Shown: piece by piece, positions 12,901 through 28,493 of the stretch
How positions within the stretch are numbered: position 1 is the stretch's first letter
Layout of the letters: each line of letters begins with the position of its first letter
Source of the DNA: Neocallimastix sp. 'constans'
Taxonomy: Eukaryota
DNA length: 64,000 nucleotides
Direction: 5' to 3'
Assembly: GCA_050613775.1 (NCBI GenBank)
Contig: JBODTK010000102.1
Coordinates: 1-64,000 of the forward strand
The notes under the pieces: model-generated
Seen by the model: the letters and a program-made list of their open reading frames with translations, nothing else
What the model was told of the DNA's origin: nothing
Databases searched by the model: none
Program-made: the position numbers and the translations under genes

Positions 12901-15900
12901 ATTATTTAATTAAATGTGTATTAGAAAGTACTAACGTTGTCTGTACTGAAACTAAACCAAACAGTTTGACAGGAGATATGTATTACATTAATTCGGCGTC
13001 CTTCTATGATGGAAAATCATTAATTAAATGTAACTTAAGTAGTGGATGTGAAACCGTAGAAGGAGAAAGTAAGAAATATTATATTAATGGTGAAACTAAA
13101 CAGTTGATATATTGTATTACAAAGAATATTTGTTCACCATTTACAGTATCCCAAAAGGGATGGTATGTTGATTCGACTGATAGTAGTAGTAATGTAAATA
13201 GTAGAAAATTGATTGGCTGTGATTCTAAGAAAGTATGTTCTGTTGTGAGTCCAAATAAAGGTTACTACTTAAATGGTGATCCATTAACATATTATAATCC
13301 TATAATTTATTATGATGGTAATAAATTACAAAGTATGAAAAGTAAGTCTAATGGATGGTATATAAACGCGGAAACTGATGTATCTAATAAAGAAGCTATC
13401 ATTCGTTGTACCGATAGAAACACTTGCGTCTATAAGGAAGTTAAAACTAATGCCTGCAGCCCTTCTAATGCAGGTGAATTCATTAAAATTAATGAAGTTA
13501 TTTCGTGGTGTAATGGTAAAGGAAAAACAGAAACCTTGGAAGCAAGTAATGGAAAGTACTCAATTCAATATTATGGTAAAAGTGATTTAATTCCAGGTGT
13601 AAAACTTACTTCCGGAACGAGTGGATATGCTGCTTTAATAATTGAAAAAAATTCAGTATTATTAGCCACCAATGTCGATGGTTATGTATATCATGAAAAA
13701 TCATTATATTACTGTCCTAGTGATAAATATGGAGTCTGCTCCTTAGTCACTATTGAAAATGGTTATTACGTTGAGTACAAAGGAAACACCATTTATAAAT
13801 GTACTTCAGAGAAAGTTGGAGAGGAAGACATAACTTCCTGTAAGGATATTAGTAGTAGTAGTTGTGAAAGTGCCAATATTATAAATAATGAAAAAATTAA
13901 GTTATGTAAGGATAATAATAATGATAATGCCATAAAAATGGAAAATATTAAAATTAATGAATTATATGCATTATCAAGTAAATTAAATAAGAAATTCCCA
14001 TTCCCGGGATCCAATAAAGATTACATTACTGTAAATGTTGATAAATATAAAATTATCTTTAAGGAAGATATAGAAAATAATCCTTGTAAATCCGAAGAAA
14101 ATTGTAAAAGGAAAAACGATGGAACAGCAGTTTCGGAGGAATATAAATATGATTATGATACTAACTATGGATATTGGGATTATAAAAGTGGAGCATTACA
14201 AAAAGTATTTATACCAAAATATGATAGTAATAGTGTTTTAATACATAAATTAGAATGTAATATTGGTAGTGTTTGTGTGGAAAGAGAAATTGCAGAAGAA
14301 CCAATCACGAGCTTTGTTGTGAAAGATGGTGTATTAAGTGCAAATACTCTCTCTGAAGAAAATAATGTTATTAATACAGTTATTAGTGTTGGTCGTTATT
14401 TAGATCCATTTGGAAAATGGATTATTTGTGGTGAGGATGGAGTGTGTGAAGAAGAAAAAGATTCAGATGAAGATACAAATGTTAAAGTTGAAGGTGGTGT
14501 TATTTCAGTCAGTATAGATACTGGTGATACTGAGAAACGTGAACCTATTAAAGCTAGTACAAAACATAAAAAGTACTTACCAAAATTACATAAAAGAAAA
14601 GGTAAGAAGATGAAAAGAAGTGATGATGAAGAAGAAGAGGAGGAAGAATATGTAGAAATTTATGAATTAAGTCATGTTTCCTATACTAATTCTTCAGAAA
14701 ATAAAAATATATTTATCTATATAAATGAAGAAGATGAAGAAAACAGTTACAAAATGATTAAAAGTAGTAAAGATGAAAATCTTATTGGAATGGGTTACGT
14801 TTGCAATAATGGAAAATGTAACATAATTAGTACTACTGGGACAGTAAGATATTATTTAAACACAGTTCAAATAGGTACTAATAAAAATGAATTGGTAAAA
14901 TGTGGAGGTAGTGAAGGAAAATGTGAATTTATTACTGTAGGTCAGGGAGAAAGTTTAATATATGAAAATGCTGCTTCTAAAAGTGTTGATGATGCTCTTA
15001 TAAAATGTGAAAGCAATGGATGTCAATTAATAGGAATTACTTCAGAATTTGGATTACCAAATTGTATGAAAGAGGAAGGAAAAGATGCACCAAAAGAGAA
15101 ATGTGATAGTAATAATGAAAATTGTAAATATGTTACTGATTCTGGTGTTGAACTTGAAAGTGATCAATACTGTATATATAATGAAGTTATATATGGTGAG
15201 GATGATGAAACCAACGAAGGAATTAATATGTTTGACGTCACATACAGATTAATTGATCATTCTTTAGTAAATGAAAGTCATGTATTTTCATCATTATATA
15301 ATTGTATCAGTGTAGGTGGAAGTATTAAATGTAATCAGACCTATGGTATTATTGCTAATAGTAATAAAGGATATTCAAAATGTACTTCATCTGGATGTAC
15401 ATATTATACATCTACAAAAATTACTACTTGTGATCTTGTAGGAACTGGTAATATAGCATTTGATGGAAATGATTATTCTATTTGTACAAATGAAGGCAGC
15501 CAGAAGTTTAAATTAGCATTGGAAGGTGGAGGTACCAAAGATAATGAAGGTGTTTATTTCGCAGACATTAATGTGAATAATGGATTTCCTGAAAGTAAAT
15601 TTGGAGATCAAGTTTTAATTGCTTTTAAGGATAAGGTAGCCTATTTAATAATAAATAATGGTTATATTTTAATAGATAATGAAAATAAGATAGTAATTGA
15701 AAATTCTAAAGAAGGAAAAATTTTATACGAATGTAATAGCTTCAACAACAATTGTGTAAAAGTAGATATTAATAATAAGACCTACGGTTACTATTATACA
15801 ACATTTAGTGAGAATTTAATTAGTTGTAGTAGTACTAAGTGTTCAGCTATAAGTTATACTGATGAAGATGGTAATGAAGATATTTTATTCCCAGAAGAAG

Positions 15901-18900
15901 GAATAATAACATATAAATACATTGAGAGTGGATTTCCAGGATATGAGAAAGTTAAAGTTATTGTACAAGCAACTAATTTAAAGCAAGTCGTATTCAGAGC
16001 GGATAACTATATATTATTAGATGAAAAAAATAATGAATTGGCGACTAAAACTACTTCATCCGATAAACTTTATCTTTGTAATTCACAAACAGGAAAGTGC
16101 GAATTATCCGTAAATGACAAAGGTAAACCATACAGTGGATGGTATATATCAGGAGATGATCAATTTGCTGCTATTAAATGTCAAGTGGGAGTATGTTCAA
16201 TGATTGTTGAACTTCCTAAATCATGTAGTAATTTTGGAGATTTAATATTTAATAAATTATACCAAATTTGTATTACCAAAAGTCCAAGTAATTTAAGTGA
16301 TATAGCGGGTACTATTAAAACAATTAATCAATCTAACACATTAAATAATTTCCCATACGATGTGAATAAAGGTGATATAAATATTATAATGATTGATTCT
16401 AAATCTAATTCTGTAATTGGAGTAGGTTATGAATCACCAGAAAAATCTGGTAGTAATTATAAAGTTGAAAGTAGCTTAGTTATTTCAGAATGTGTTAATA
16501 ATGGTTGCCCAAGTTCATTCACTGAAGCTAACATGTACTGTTTCTCAAAGGGTTCAATGTATTATACTGAAAACCTAAATGGAAGTGTTAGTTGTAGTGG
16601 TAGTAAGCTTTCAAATAAAGTAGTTGTATTAAATGGAAGCAAATTAGCAACAGAAAACGACGCTTCTATAGGTTCAAAAATGTATTATTGTGATTCAAAT
16701 TCAAGTTGTAGAATTACCACTGGTTATGCCAAAATTGATGAAACATGGTTTAAATGTGACAGTACAAAGTGTAGTAAAATAACTGAATCTACTAATACGT
16801 TACAAGGGGATTTAAATTCGAATGGAGAGTTGAGAGTATTAGATACTGATAATTTAATTTCAAATGGAAACTACTTCTATATTAGTGGTAGTAATAATTT
16901 CCCTGGTGCTGAAACAGTTGAATCATTTTTGGTAGAAATTGGTGAAAATTACGCCACTATATTTAAAGGAGATGGTTATTTCTTAATTGATAGTAGTAAT
17001 AATATGGCAAGAGATGATCCTGAAACAACAACAAGTAGTAAAAGAAAGAGACAGAGTAATATCGCTAATGGTAATAATTTATACTATTGTAGTAGCACTA
17101 CAATGGCTTGTGTTGAGCAAAATGAAGTTACAAATGGTTATTTCCTTAATGGTGGTGCAAAAACGACAGTAAAAGGACAAATTAATTCAATTATTTATTG
17201 TTCCTCTGGTAAGTGTGAACTTGCTAATTCTGAAAATAAATCAATAGAATACTCTACTACAACATGTTCAGATCAATTAATAGGTAGACTTATTCGTTCT
17301 CCGGACAGAAAGACCGTTAAACTATGTACAGGTAAAACCAGTACTGAACAATTTATTACCTCATCCTCATCCAATGCGAAATATAAACTTTTAACTCTTA
17401 CTAAAGGAAATACTTTTGGTGACGTTTCCATTGGAAGTACAGAAGAAAATACAAACGATAAAGCTGTAATCCTTATAAAAATTACAAATTTATCAATTAC
17501 ACAATACACTAAAGAAGGATATATAGTTTATAGTTCATCGAATGAAATTCTTGAAGGTAATGGAAAAGGTAATTTATACCTTTGTGAAAATAAAACTTAT
17601 AATACAGTTTCTGAAGAGGAAACAGTTCAATGTGGAGAAGTCAGCAATATAAATAGTGGATTTTATTTCAATGATAAATTTGAAGATAAGAGATATATTG
17701 AATGCGTTGAAAGTAATTGTAAGGTGGTAGAAGCGAAAGAAACAAATGAATGTACATCAAGTGGATCTCTTATATATAACAATGGAAAGTTTAAGCTTTG
17801 TCAAAGCTTGAATAAACAAGTAGTCATTGGAAATAACGATTATAATGCAATTATGAATGTGTCAAATATGAAGGAATTCCCAGGAATATCTGCAAATAAT
17901 ACTGAAATTATTGTTTCCTTAAACAAATTCAATGTTCATTTAGTTAAATGGAATAGTTTTAAAGTTGTTAATCCTGATGATATGAAGTTAATCGATGAGG
18001 TAAATCCTAATAGTGATTTCAGTTCTGGTGGTATTTTGTATAATTGTGAAAGTAATGGTGTTTGCAATAAAATAGTGGCGCCTTATGAAAATTGGTATTT
18101 AAAAAATAATAAAACTAATATAGCTGAAGAACTTGTGTATTGTTCAGGTGGACCTGGTAATGATAAATGTGTTGCTTATATGAAACCTAATGATGGATAC
18201 TATATTTCAGGTAATAAAAATAAACCAATTATTCAATGTATTCAAACCGGATATGAAACTGAAGAAAATAACTTCATAATAGACACTTCTGAAAACAAAA
18301 TAATTTGTACCGAAAGAGATTTCATTGAAGGATGGATGTTAAATGGTGAATTAAAAGGTGAATCTGAAATAGAAAGGCATAAACCAGATATTAAACCATT
18401 AATTAAATGTAATTCAGAAATGGGTTGTAAGGAGTCTAATATAGAAGGCAATGGTTGGTATATAAATTCTGCCTATAAATATGGAAATAATTATGGAACA
18501 ACTAAAGTAACTAATACAGTTATTTCACCAATAATTCAATGTACGACTTCTGAATGTGATGAATATAAGACTAATATTGGTAATACTTGTACAAAAGGTG
18601 GTGAATTAATATTAGTAAATAAAAAGTATAAATTATGTACAAAGAAAGGTACATCTGTAGATTTTGAAAATGTATCTGGTACAGTATATCAAATCGTAGA
18701 AATTGCGAACTATGGCGATTTCCCAGATGCTGATAATTCTAAAGGATATATATTAGTTAAAATTACAAAGAATGAAGTAGTACAAGATAGTAGAGATGAA
18801 ATTTTATATATATTAAAGGATAAAGTAATGTATATTTGTAATTTAGGAACATGTAGTATTATCAGTGAAGATTCCAATAATGGAAAAATTGTATTTGAAA

Positions 18901-21900
18901 CGCTTTCACAGAATTTGTATACAGCATCATGTTCCAATAGTAAATGTTCATGGACAAACTATAACAAAGAAGATGTTGTATTTGTAACCGACGAAAATGT
19001 CATTTTTAAAAATACTGAAGGTCAAGAATTTAGTAAAATTAAATATGTTTACAAATGTAAAAAGAATGACAATAGAGAGTTAGTGTGTATGGAACTATTT
19101 GACAGTGGAATTATTAATAATGAATCTAAATCTTACTTGTATAATTCAAATCATTATAATGCTGAATCTAAAAAAACTGTTAATACCCTTTATATTTATA
19201 ATAATGGGGCTTGGGGAGAATTTAAGGATGTTACAAAGTGTTCCCCATTAACATACAAACAAAATATATGTTATGTATCATATAGTGATGAATATTACAC
19301 CAAACAAATTGATGAAGATGGAAAGGAAAATAAAGTAGGCGCTGGAAATATTTGTGAAACAACAAATGGAAAATTCTATTTCGCATATAATGAAATTAAT
19401 ACAGGAATAGATAATATGAATTGTATAGCACTTCCAATTGATACTGCGGTTAGTTATTATAATATTAATGAAGAAGTATATACAGTTGATAAGTTTGGTG
19501 TTTACAAATTAAATGGAAAGAATTACATAAATAGTGTCACTTCAAATTTAATTAAAAATGAAAATGAAAGTAATAAATATATTAAAGGAATATGGCGAGA
19601 AAATAGTTTATATGGAAATGATAATATAGTTACATGCACAAATGATTCATGTAACGTAGATAAAACAACATCTTGTACATATGATAATATAAAAGAAAAA
19701 TGTAAATTGAAAACAGGAAATTTAAATGCAGGTCAAATATGTATATCATCAAATGGAATAACATATTTAGCTATTAATAAATTGAGTACGACTGAAGGTG
19801 ATTGTGTGAGATTCAATGAAGAAGAATATTCACTACCGGATGAAGAAAATTCTATTTATGAAAGAGAGACAAAATGGAAATATTATGTTATTGATGGGGT
19901 AATGTATAGGATTAATGAAAATGAGGTAGAAGTTTTGGGTGAAGGTGTATACGTTATTGATAATGCCCATTATTTGGTGTCAATGTATTCCTATTATAAT
20001 ATGGATATATCAATTAATTCTCAATATTCCTTATATGTCTGTAAGAGTGAAGGATGTGTCAAAAAGACTGCTTGTGAGAATGGAAGTAATTTCGAATACA
20101 TATATGATAGTTCAAAAAAGGATATCATTAAATGTAATCCTGAAACCAATACTATTACTCATGTACGGGATCCAGGATATTATCTTAATAAGCCATGGAA
20201 TGACATAGTGAAATGCTATAATGATGGAATATGTAAAGAATATGGAGTAAGTGAAGGTATGGAAGGATACTACATTAATGAAGGAAATGAAGACTATATG
20301 ATTATATGTAAGCGTGAAGGTGAAAAATTTGCATGTGTTGAAGACAAATTAATTGAATGTACTTTTAATGAAAGAGATAGTGTTTGTAGCTCTACCAGAG
20401 ATCTTTTAAGAAATAGTTATTGCTATTACAGTGTTGTCGACAAGACTTTGGGTAAAATAGAAAAATTAATATATGTTGAAAACTTTATTAAATCTGGAAG
20501 TGAAGGAAAATGTATAACAGGAAATGAAAATGAATATTTCATGAAATACAAAAAATCAAAATTCTTAGGGCACAGTGAACGCCCAGATCTCATAAGAGTA
20601 AATAAAGATTCAATTGTAAGTATTTATGAACCCACAATTGGATATTACATTATTGACACAAAAGAAGGAAAAGGTATTACGGAAGATAAATATTTGAAAA
20701 AGACTAGAATGTATATATGTCAAAAAGGTAATTGTGAAGAAGAAAGAAAACCGAAGGAAAATGAAATTTATATAAATAAGGCATCCTCAGAAAAGTTGGT
20801 TAAATATAGTAATGGAAAATGGGAAATTATGAAACAACGTTGTGATTTAATATCTGGAAATGCTAGTAAATGTAAAATTAATGGTAATCAAATTAATAAA
20901 GGTGATATATTATACACGGTGGTTAATGACGCAATAAATGTGTATGCAACTAAAGTAGATGTAAAAGGTAGTAGTGTCATTACTAATAATGAACTATTAG
21001 TAAAGAAAACATTTATTAATAATGGAAATTTATATCTATATAATGAAAATATGCAATCCTTTACAAGAAAAACTGGTCGTTATTATTTCTTTGAAAAAAG
21101 AGAGGATGATCTCGAGTATAATTTAACACCTTATAAATCAACAGTAAATGTTACTGTAAATGATGCTTTAATTACTAGTTCAAGTGAATATTATACTGAA
21201 GGATACTATTGGAATCAAGCCGATATTGATGGAAATGGTATTGTAATACAATCTATGATTATTCCGGATAAAGTGAAGGTAGAAGCCGTACTAGATAATG
21301 AAAATACAAATACAAGGGAAGAAATAAAAACTACTGCGGTAGTGAAAGCAATCTTAAATAAATGTATAATAAAGAGTAGAAATATTTGTATAAATACTCA
21401 GGAAGGTCAAACAATAAATAGAGGTAGTCCTTGTGTTGTAACCGAAGGTGATTATAAAGGACTATATATTGCGACAGCACCGATCACAAAATCTTCAGTT
21501 ACCACTAATTGTGTAAGATATGACTCAGGAGTATCCAATATATGTAATTATAATAATGGAATTTGTACTAAAGTGAGCGATGGAAAAGTATTATTAAATA
21601 ATGAATATTGTATTGTACCATCTGAAGGTGTCATGGTTGGTAGCCAAAATGGTATTTGTTCTTATACAAATATAAATAATTCATATCAATATATTGGAAC
21701 TGGAAAGGAAAGAAATGCATATGTATTTGGTGAATTATATGAAAATATTTTATTAAATATTAATAAATATTCCATTGTACCATTTAAACACGATTATTTA
21801 ACTGCAGTTAATGATGGTAGAGATGGTCACATTGATTATGGATATTATGTTTTTGATGAGGGTCAAACGGATGGTAAAATATTATTTAATTCGGAGACTC

Positions 21901-24900
21901 TTAAAACTGGAACTGCCTATAAGTGCGATTATAAGAAGGAAAAATCTTCTGACAGTGAAGATGAAATAGAAATTGGATATTCTTGTCAATTGTTTAATAA
22001 AGCTAATGGATACTACTATGTTGAAGGAATTGTTATGTATGGAAATAATGCCAAATGGAAAGTAGAAACTGCTGATGGTTATTACTTCTTTAATGAAAAT
22101 CATTTACCTGCTAAAATTTCAGAAGTAGATGGAATTGAGGATATTGATGAAATTAGTTCTAAATATAAAGTATTAGGAAAGGCAGAAATAGCATATAATG
22201 GTAAATACTTAAATAGTGCTGTTCCAGCAACTACTAAAAATGATAAACCTATAATTATTGTAACTGAGAACCATGAAGGTGGTGTCTCCTCTGATAATTA
22301 TCAAATATCAAAAGATTATAAATTGTGTGAGGCTAGTAGTAATGGATCATGCAAATCAAGAAATACTGATGAAAGCTTAACTTCTGATGACGTTTGTTAT
22401 GACTTTAAGACAGGAAAACTTTATGTAGTTGATGTAATAACACTTGATGATGAAAGTCAAACCCAAAATATAATGTGCTATACTGGTAATATGGATCATT
22501 ATAAATACAAATTAATTGGTAGTACTTTGTATCAATTGGATGGATTATCTGTACAAAAAGTTGATAAAGGCTACTATATATTAAATAGTTCCATGGAGAG
22601 ATTTAATAGTAATTATCCTGAAGTTCCATATACTATAATTTATTGTGAGGACGAAAGTTGTTTGGAAGTCACTGAAAAATTGAATAAAGATCAAACCGTA
22701 ATGGTTAATAATGCTAAAGTTGATAAATATAGTAGCTATGATATGTTAATGTATTATAATGAAAATACAGAAGAAAAGTTTAAAGATATTAGTAGTTCTG
22801 ATAATAAATGCTATTGCTTAAATGTAGATTATGAGGTACCATCAACCGCTAGTGAGAATAATAGTTGTAAATATCAAACTGGAGATTGTTCTGGTGCAAT
22901 TCATTTGAATTATGCAAGTACTGGAAGTAATATGATTTTAGAATCAAATTCAAATACAGATTCAGTAGATTTTAACTATAATTCAATTTTGGATGCTTTG
23001 GAATTCAAAGGGGAATACAATTTGAATTCCAATAAGAGAGAGTTTAAATTTATTGATAAATATTTGTATTTATTATATCAGAGAAAAATGGTACGTCTAG
23101 TGGAAGAAGGTATTTATTTAATGTTAAATGGTGTTCCATTTGATAGTGATGAATGGACATCGTTAAGTGGAGATACTGAAGTATGTTACTATACTTATCC
23201 AGGTTGCAATACTGATTATATTAAAACATATCGAAAGTATAAGTACAATTTGAATAGAGCCGTCAATGGAATTTCCATTATTGAATATGATGAAGAAAGG
23301 GATATGTGGCGGACAGTGAAGGAGGATGGATTCTACTTCTTCTTTGTTGATGAGTATTCCATTACTGCTGAAGATCGTAGAGTTGAAGCTGTGTATGAAA
23401 TAAAGAATGGTATTACTGAAGACGTTACCTCCATTATGAAGAATAATGGATTCCATATATTTAATGATTTAGTGGTTGAGAGAACTAGTAAGTCATGGGA
23501 AGATGGAGAAGCCGTTGTTGAAAATGTTGAAACTGAAAGTAGAAAGAAATGCAAAGCCATTGAGACGAATGACACAATTGAAAATGATGAGTTCTGTTAT
23601 TCAGGAAAGAATGGTCTCTGTGTCGTCAAAACAATGTTTAGCGATACTATTGTCAATGCAAATAATTGTATGTTTGGTGAGGAGAAGCCCTATTACTATA
23701 TTATTGATAATACCTTATATATTGTTAATGATAAATCATACCAAAAAGTAAATAATAAAGGATTATATGTTATTGGTAATGATAATTTAGCTTTTGATGA
23801 TAGAAAAGAAAGTCAAGCAAATGCCTACCTATGTGAAAATGGTAAATGTGAATTACTGAATGAACTCGAAACTCAATATTACTATAATAGTGCTAATGGT
23901 GATGTATTGTATTATAATGGAAATTCAAAATTATGGAAGAAGAACAATGAAAAGGGCGATTACTTCTTCAACGATTTAGGTAAACCTATTAACACTGGAG
24001 AAACTATTGTTAATAAAGTAATAAATAGTAAAAGTAGTAATAGATATGTAAACAAGAGTAATCCAAATAAAAATATTATGGTAAAAAAAGTAAATAGTTC
24101 ATATATTGCTATTGAAATTGCAGCATGTGAAATGAATGCAGGTATTATAAACTCAAAAATAAAGTTGAGTATTGGTGATAATTGTATTGCTGATGGAAAA
24201 TTAATTTTGATTAGTGGCATTCAATCTAATAAACGTCAAGAAGAAGCAGAAGCAGAAGAATATAGTTACACAGGTTTTGAAATTGATGACGAAAGTACCA
24301 CTGAAAAGATAATATATGATGAAAGTGAAAAGAAATTTATAGGCGTGGTTGGAAATATTGTAACTGATATTGATATCCCAACAGGAACGGTAATTTTGAA
24401 AAAAGAAGATTCATCCATATTAAGTGGTTATGAACCTACAGAAGCTGAAGCCTATGATTGCAATAAAGAAAAGAAGGTATGCACCTTGATTGACAATGAG
24501 AATTTAGTGATTGATAAATTGTATGTAAATGCCATCAGAAACAATGAATTAGTGAAGTATATTGGAGAAGGACAATGGAAGGTACATGATGAAATCGGAT
24601 ACTACTTCTTTGACAGTAAAATTAATCCAGTTACTGAAAAAGCTATAGCTCAATACGCCTATGAAATATACAAAGAAAATGGTAAAATTATTCAAAAAAG
24701 TATTATTGACGAAAATATTGTTGGTTACTTCTTAAATAACGCAAACAATAATAAATACTTAATAAGCAATAATAGCCATTATTGGTCTAAAGGTACTTTG
24801 ATGCATGCATGCAATGTAACAGTTGTTGAAGATGGTATTTTATGTAAGACGAATAATGAAACTATTTCCTATGCTACAGGTGATTATTGTTACAAATCCT

Positions 24901-27548
24901 CCACTAAAGAAATCTACCTTTTGCTTAGTGAGGCAAGTATATCAAGTGAAAGCGCCAATTGTATTTTAGCTAGTAATAGTCAACCAAAATACATAGATTC
25001 CAGTATGATTGGACATGAACTTAATAATGTTGAAGTTAATAATCGTTTGATTGAATTAACTGGAAATGCTATCAGACCGGCTAAAGCAGGATATTATATT
25101 GTTGACGGAAATTACACACTTACCGACAATAATAATGAAGAAACAGAGACCACCATATACAGCTGTACTAATTCCGAATGTGAAACGATTGCAAATCTTG
25201 AAGATGGAGAAAAGATAATTGTTAATGATGGTACCATGTTTGAAGTTGATGAAGAAGGACATTTAAAGAAGGTCACTGAAGATGGTCTTTACTTCTTTAA
25301 TTCCGAAGGAAAATTGTGTACAAATGAAGAATGTACCATTTCTGAAATTATTAGAATCACTGAAGGAGTATCTGAGGTGATCGAAAAAGATTTATTAAAG
25401 GAAGGTATATATGTAAATGCTGGTGATAAAAAATCAGTAGGTATTTATGATGGTAATGATTGGAGTATTTCTTCATTAGAATGTACCTATGTTGAAAGCA
25501 GTAAGAGTTGTAGTAATGATGATATTGAATTAGGTATTGGTAGTTATTGTATCGCAGATGGAAAAATATATGTTATCTATGAAATTAATGAGGAAATGAA
25601 TGAAAAGAAATGTATTCCAGGAAGTGATGAGAAACCATTATATATTACTAATGTAAATGGTGAATTAATGAAAATTAAGAAGGAAAACATTGAAATAATT
25701 GAAGTTGAAGGTTATTATGCATACAATGCAAAGACATTGGAAGCCCTTTCATCTGAAGAAGAAGTAGAAAGTAAATTAGTTCGCTGTAATAATGAAAAAT
25801 GTAGCATAGTAATTCCAAGTATTGGAAGCTACCTTAACAAATCACCAAATGAAAGTAATATTGCTCAATTTACTGAGAATGAGGTAGGTAAAGCAAAAAC
25901 TATTGAAAAAGAATGCAGTGTCAATGGTGAATCCTGTACTGTCAATGACGGTAATAGTTTAAGTGTCGGTGATATTTGTATCAATGAATCCACTCTCTAT
26001 TTAGTGGATGAACAGAGCAAATGTTATATGGTGGATAGAAATATAGATAACTACAGAGTAGTAGGTGGAAAATTATATATGTTAGCCGATGATTCAGTTA
26101 TTCAGAAATTCGATGGATACTACTTCCTTAATAAAATGAATCGTGCCATCACTAATAAGAAGGAATATAGTGAATCAGGTGTTGTTGGCTATATGTGTAG
26201 TAATGTAGGTGACTGCTTCCAAATTCAACCTCGACCAGATCGTCTATATCCTGATTACACCACAAAGAAAGGTAATAAATTTACTGTATTAAGATTTGAT
26301 CCGGATAAGCTCTCTAAACGTGATGAAGGTAGTAGTGGCTATGAATCAATTACTGAGGAAGGTATCTTCAAAATGGATGATGGAAGCTATGCAGAATGTG
26401 AATTTGATAATAATGATGAAATTACCTGTCATAACATTGAAAATGTCGGAACTTACAAGAGTGATGTCAGTGAAACTGGTGAAGGTGAATTGATTAATTG
26501 TACTAAGAATGAAGAAGGTGAAATTGAATGTATACAAGCTACAGAAGGTGGTTACTACGTTGTGAATGATAACTTGGTGTCCTGTGTTCCAAATGAAGAT
26601 AAGAACGAATTAATTTGTAGTGATATGGATAAGGAAGGTTACTTCATTTCAAACTCTAATGGTGATCTCTACAGATGTGATGAAATACAAGAAACAGAAG
26701 AAGTAGACACCGCCAGTATAAGTAGTGTGTTTGAAAAATTGGATGCAATGAATATAATGATAAAGCGCAGTGAAGAGGATCCTTTACCACCGGATACAAA
26801 TCCAGTTCAAGAGGATACAAATCCAGTTCAAGAAGATACAAATCCAGTTGAAGAGGCAGAAAACGAAAGTAATGATAGTACCAGTACTATTGAAGAAACA
26901 ACAGCAACTACAGAAGTACCAAATCCAACGCCAACGCCAAAAGATGTATCATGTGCAGTGGTAAAATGTGAAAACGAAAATGAAAAGATTACCTTCTTAA
27001 CGGAAGAAGGTGAAAAAGAGTTGTATATTTGTAAGAATGTAAAAACAATTGAACCTGAAACGGGTGAACCAAATACTGAAGAAGAAGAAAAAGAAGAAGA
27101 TATGAGATGGGTTGCTCAAGAAGATTGTACTTGCTACGTTATGTTAGGAGAATATTACAGTTGTGATGATGATAAGGGTGAAATTGAGAAGATTGATAAA
27201 CCCAATAAAGAACACACATCAACGAGTGCAGATTTCACCATAACTACAAAGAAAACTACGGTTACCGCCACCACAACAACATCGACGACAACTGAAAATG
27301 CTACAAATGAAGCATCCACAACTGATAAATCAACTTCCAAAACGAAGAAAGCGACTTCAACGACAACAAAGAAAAGCGAAAAAACTACGACAAGTACAAC
27401 AGCAGGTGGAGCTACTAGTAAGACAACAACTACAACTAAACCAGCTGCTACTACCACAACAACAGGTGGTGCTTTATCAATAAGAAATATACCATCGTTT
27501 ACTTTCTATCTTATTCTTTTAGTTTTTACATATTTTATTTTATTATAA
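9986..27548 (+). CDS. scaA: Fungal cellulosome scaffoldin (ScaA-like), ~5,800 aa, 2 exons (9986-10043; 10153 or 10159-27548)
   Basis: Exon 1 encodes MNNIKFLILLLVGFLGLNL followed by a GTATGA donor and in-phase AG acceptors. Dozens of GYY..N...LIxC-x(3-8)-C repeats, dibasic KR sites, a Thr-rich stalk and a terminal hydrophobic segment. The symbol reflects architecture, not confirmed orthology. Confidence 0.9.
26793..26855 (+). repeat. Coding 21-bp tandem repeat x3 (DTNPVQE)
   Basis: GATACAAATCCAGTTCAAGAG repeated three times with minor changes. Confidence 0.95.
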
Positions 27549-28361
27549 TTTAATACCACTATACTATTAATAAATTAATAATATATTAATATAAATTATA
27601 TATATGTAATATCCAAGAAAAATTATTATATTTAATAGAAATATTAATCTACACATATAATATTAATATTTAAAATATATATATAAGTAAAAATTTAATA
27701 TAATATAAAATGATAAAAAAAACCTTTACTTTATAATAAATTATTCTAGTTATATAATTTAATAATAATAATAATAATAATAATAATTAATACAATTGTA
27801 TTTAAAATTATAAAAAATATACTAAAATATTGTTTTTATAAAAATATTTATTAAAAATTTATTTACAAGAATTGAATGTTAGGATTAATGAAAAAATATA
27901 AATAATAATTATTTTGTTTTAAAAATTTTTAAAAAATACCAAATAATAATAATTAAAAATGTATTTTTTTAATATTTAATATGAAATTGAAATATAAATA
28001 AATAAGAAAATAGCAATTTAAAATATACATAAAATAATGAGTATTAAAGTGTTTTATAGTTATTTAAAATCAAAATTTATAAAGTTAATTTTATTAAAAA
28101 AAAAAAAAAAAATAGTTATTGAAAGTACAGTTATTTAAAACTTTTTATTACGAATTTAATATATTTAAAATATTTTATTAAATATAAACTAAATTTATAG
28201 TTAATATTAAAAGAGATAATTTTGATATAAATTTTTATAATTTTATTTGGATATACATAATTGATTGCTAAATTATTAGAGGTTGAATTAGAAATATAAA
28301 ATTAAAGTTTTATAAGTATATTAATTTAAAGAGTAAAGTTATACATTTTAATACATCTATA

Positions 28362-28493
28362 TAAGATATGTAATTAATAATAATAACAAGCCACATATTA
28401 TGATAACTATAAATACCATTAAAATGTATAATATTTTAGAAACATACTATTCTTAATTCTTACATAATAAAATAGAGATTTTTACTTTTCAAA
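28362..28493 (+). repeat. Diverged partial family A LTR
   Basis: AAGATATG...GCCACATATTATG...ATACTATTCTT...TACTTTTCA matches the 3' two-thirds of the 207-bp LTR. Confidence 0.7.

Noticed and set aside
10273..27483. Many 60-100 aa ORFs overlapping the scaffoldin on both strands
   Set aside because: Shadow ORFs of a long coding frame; no motifs.
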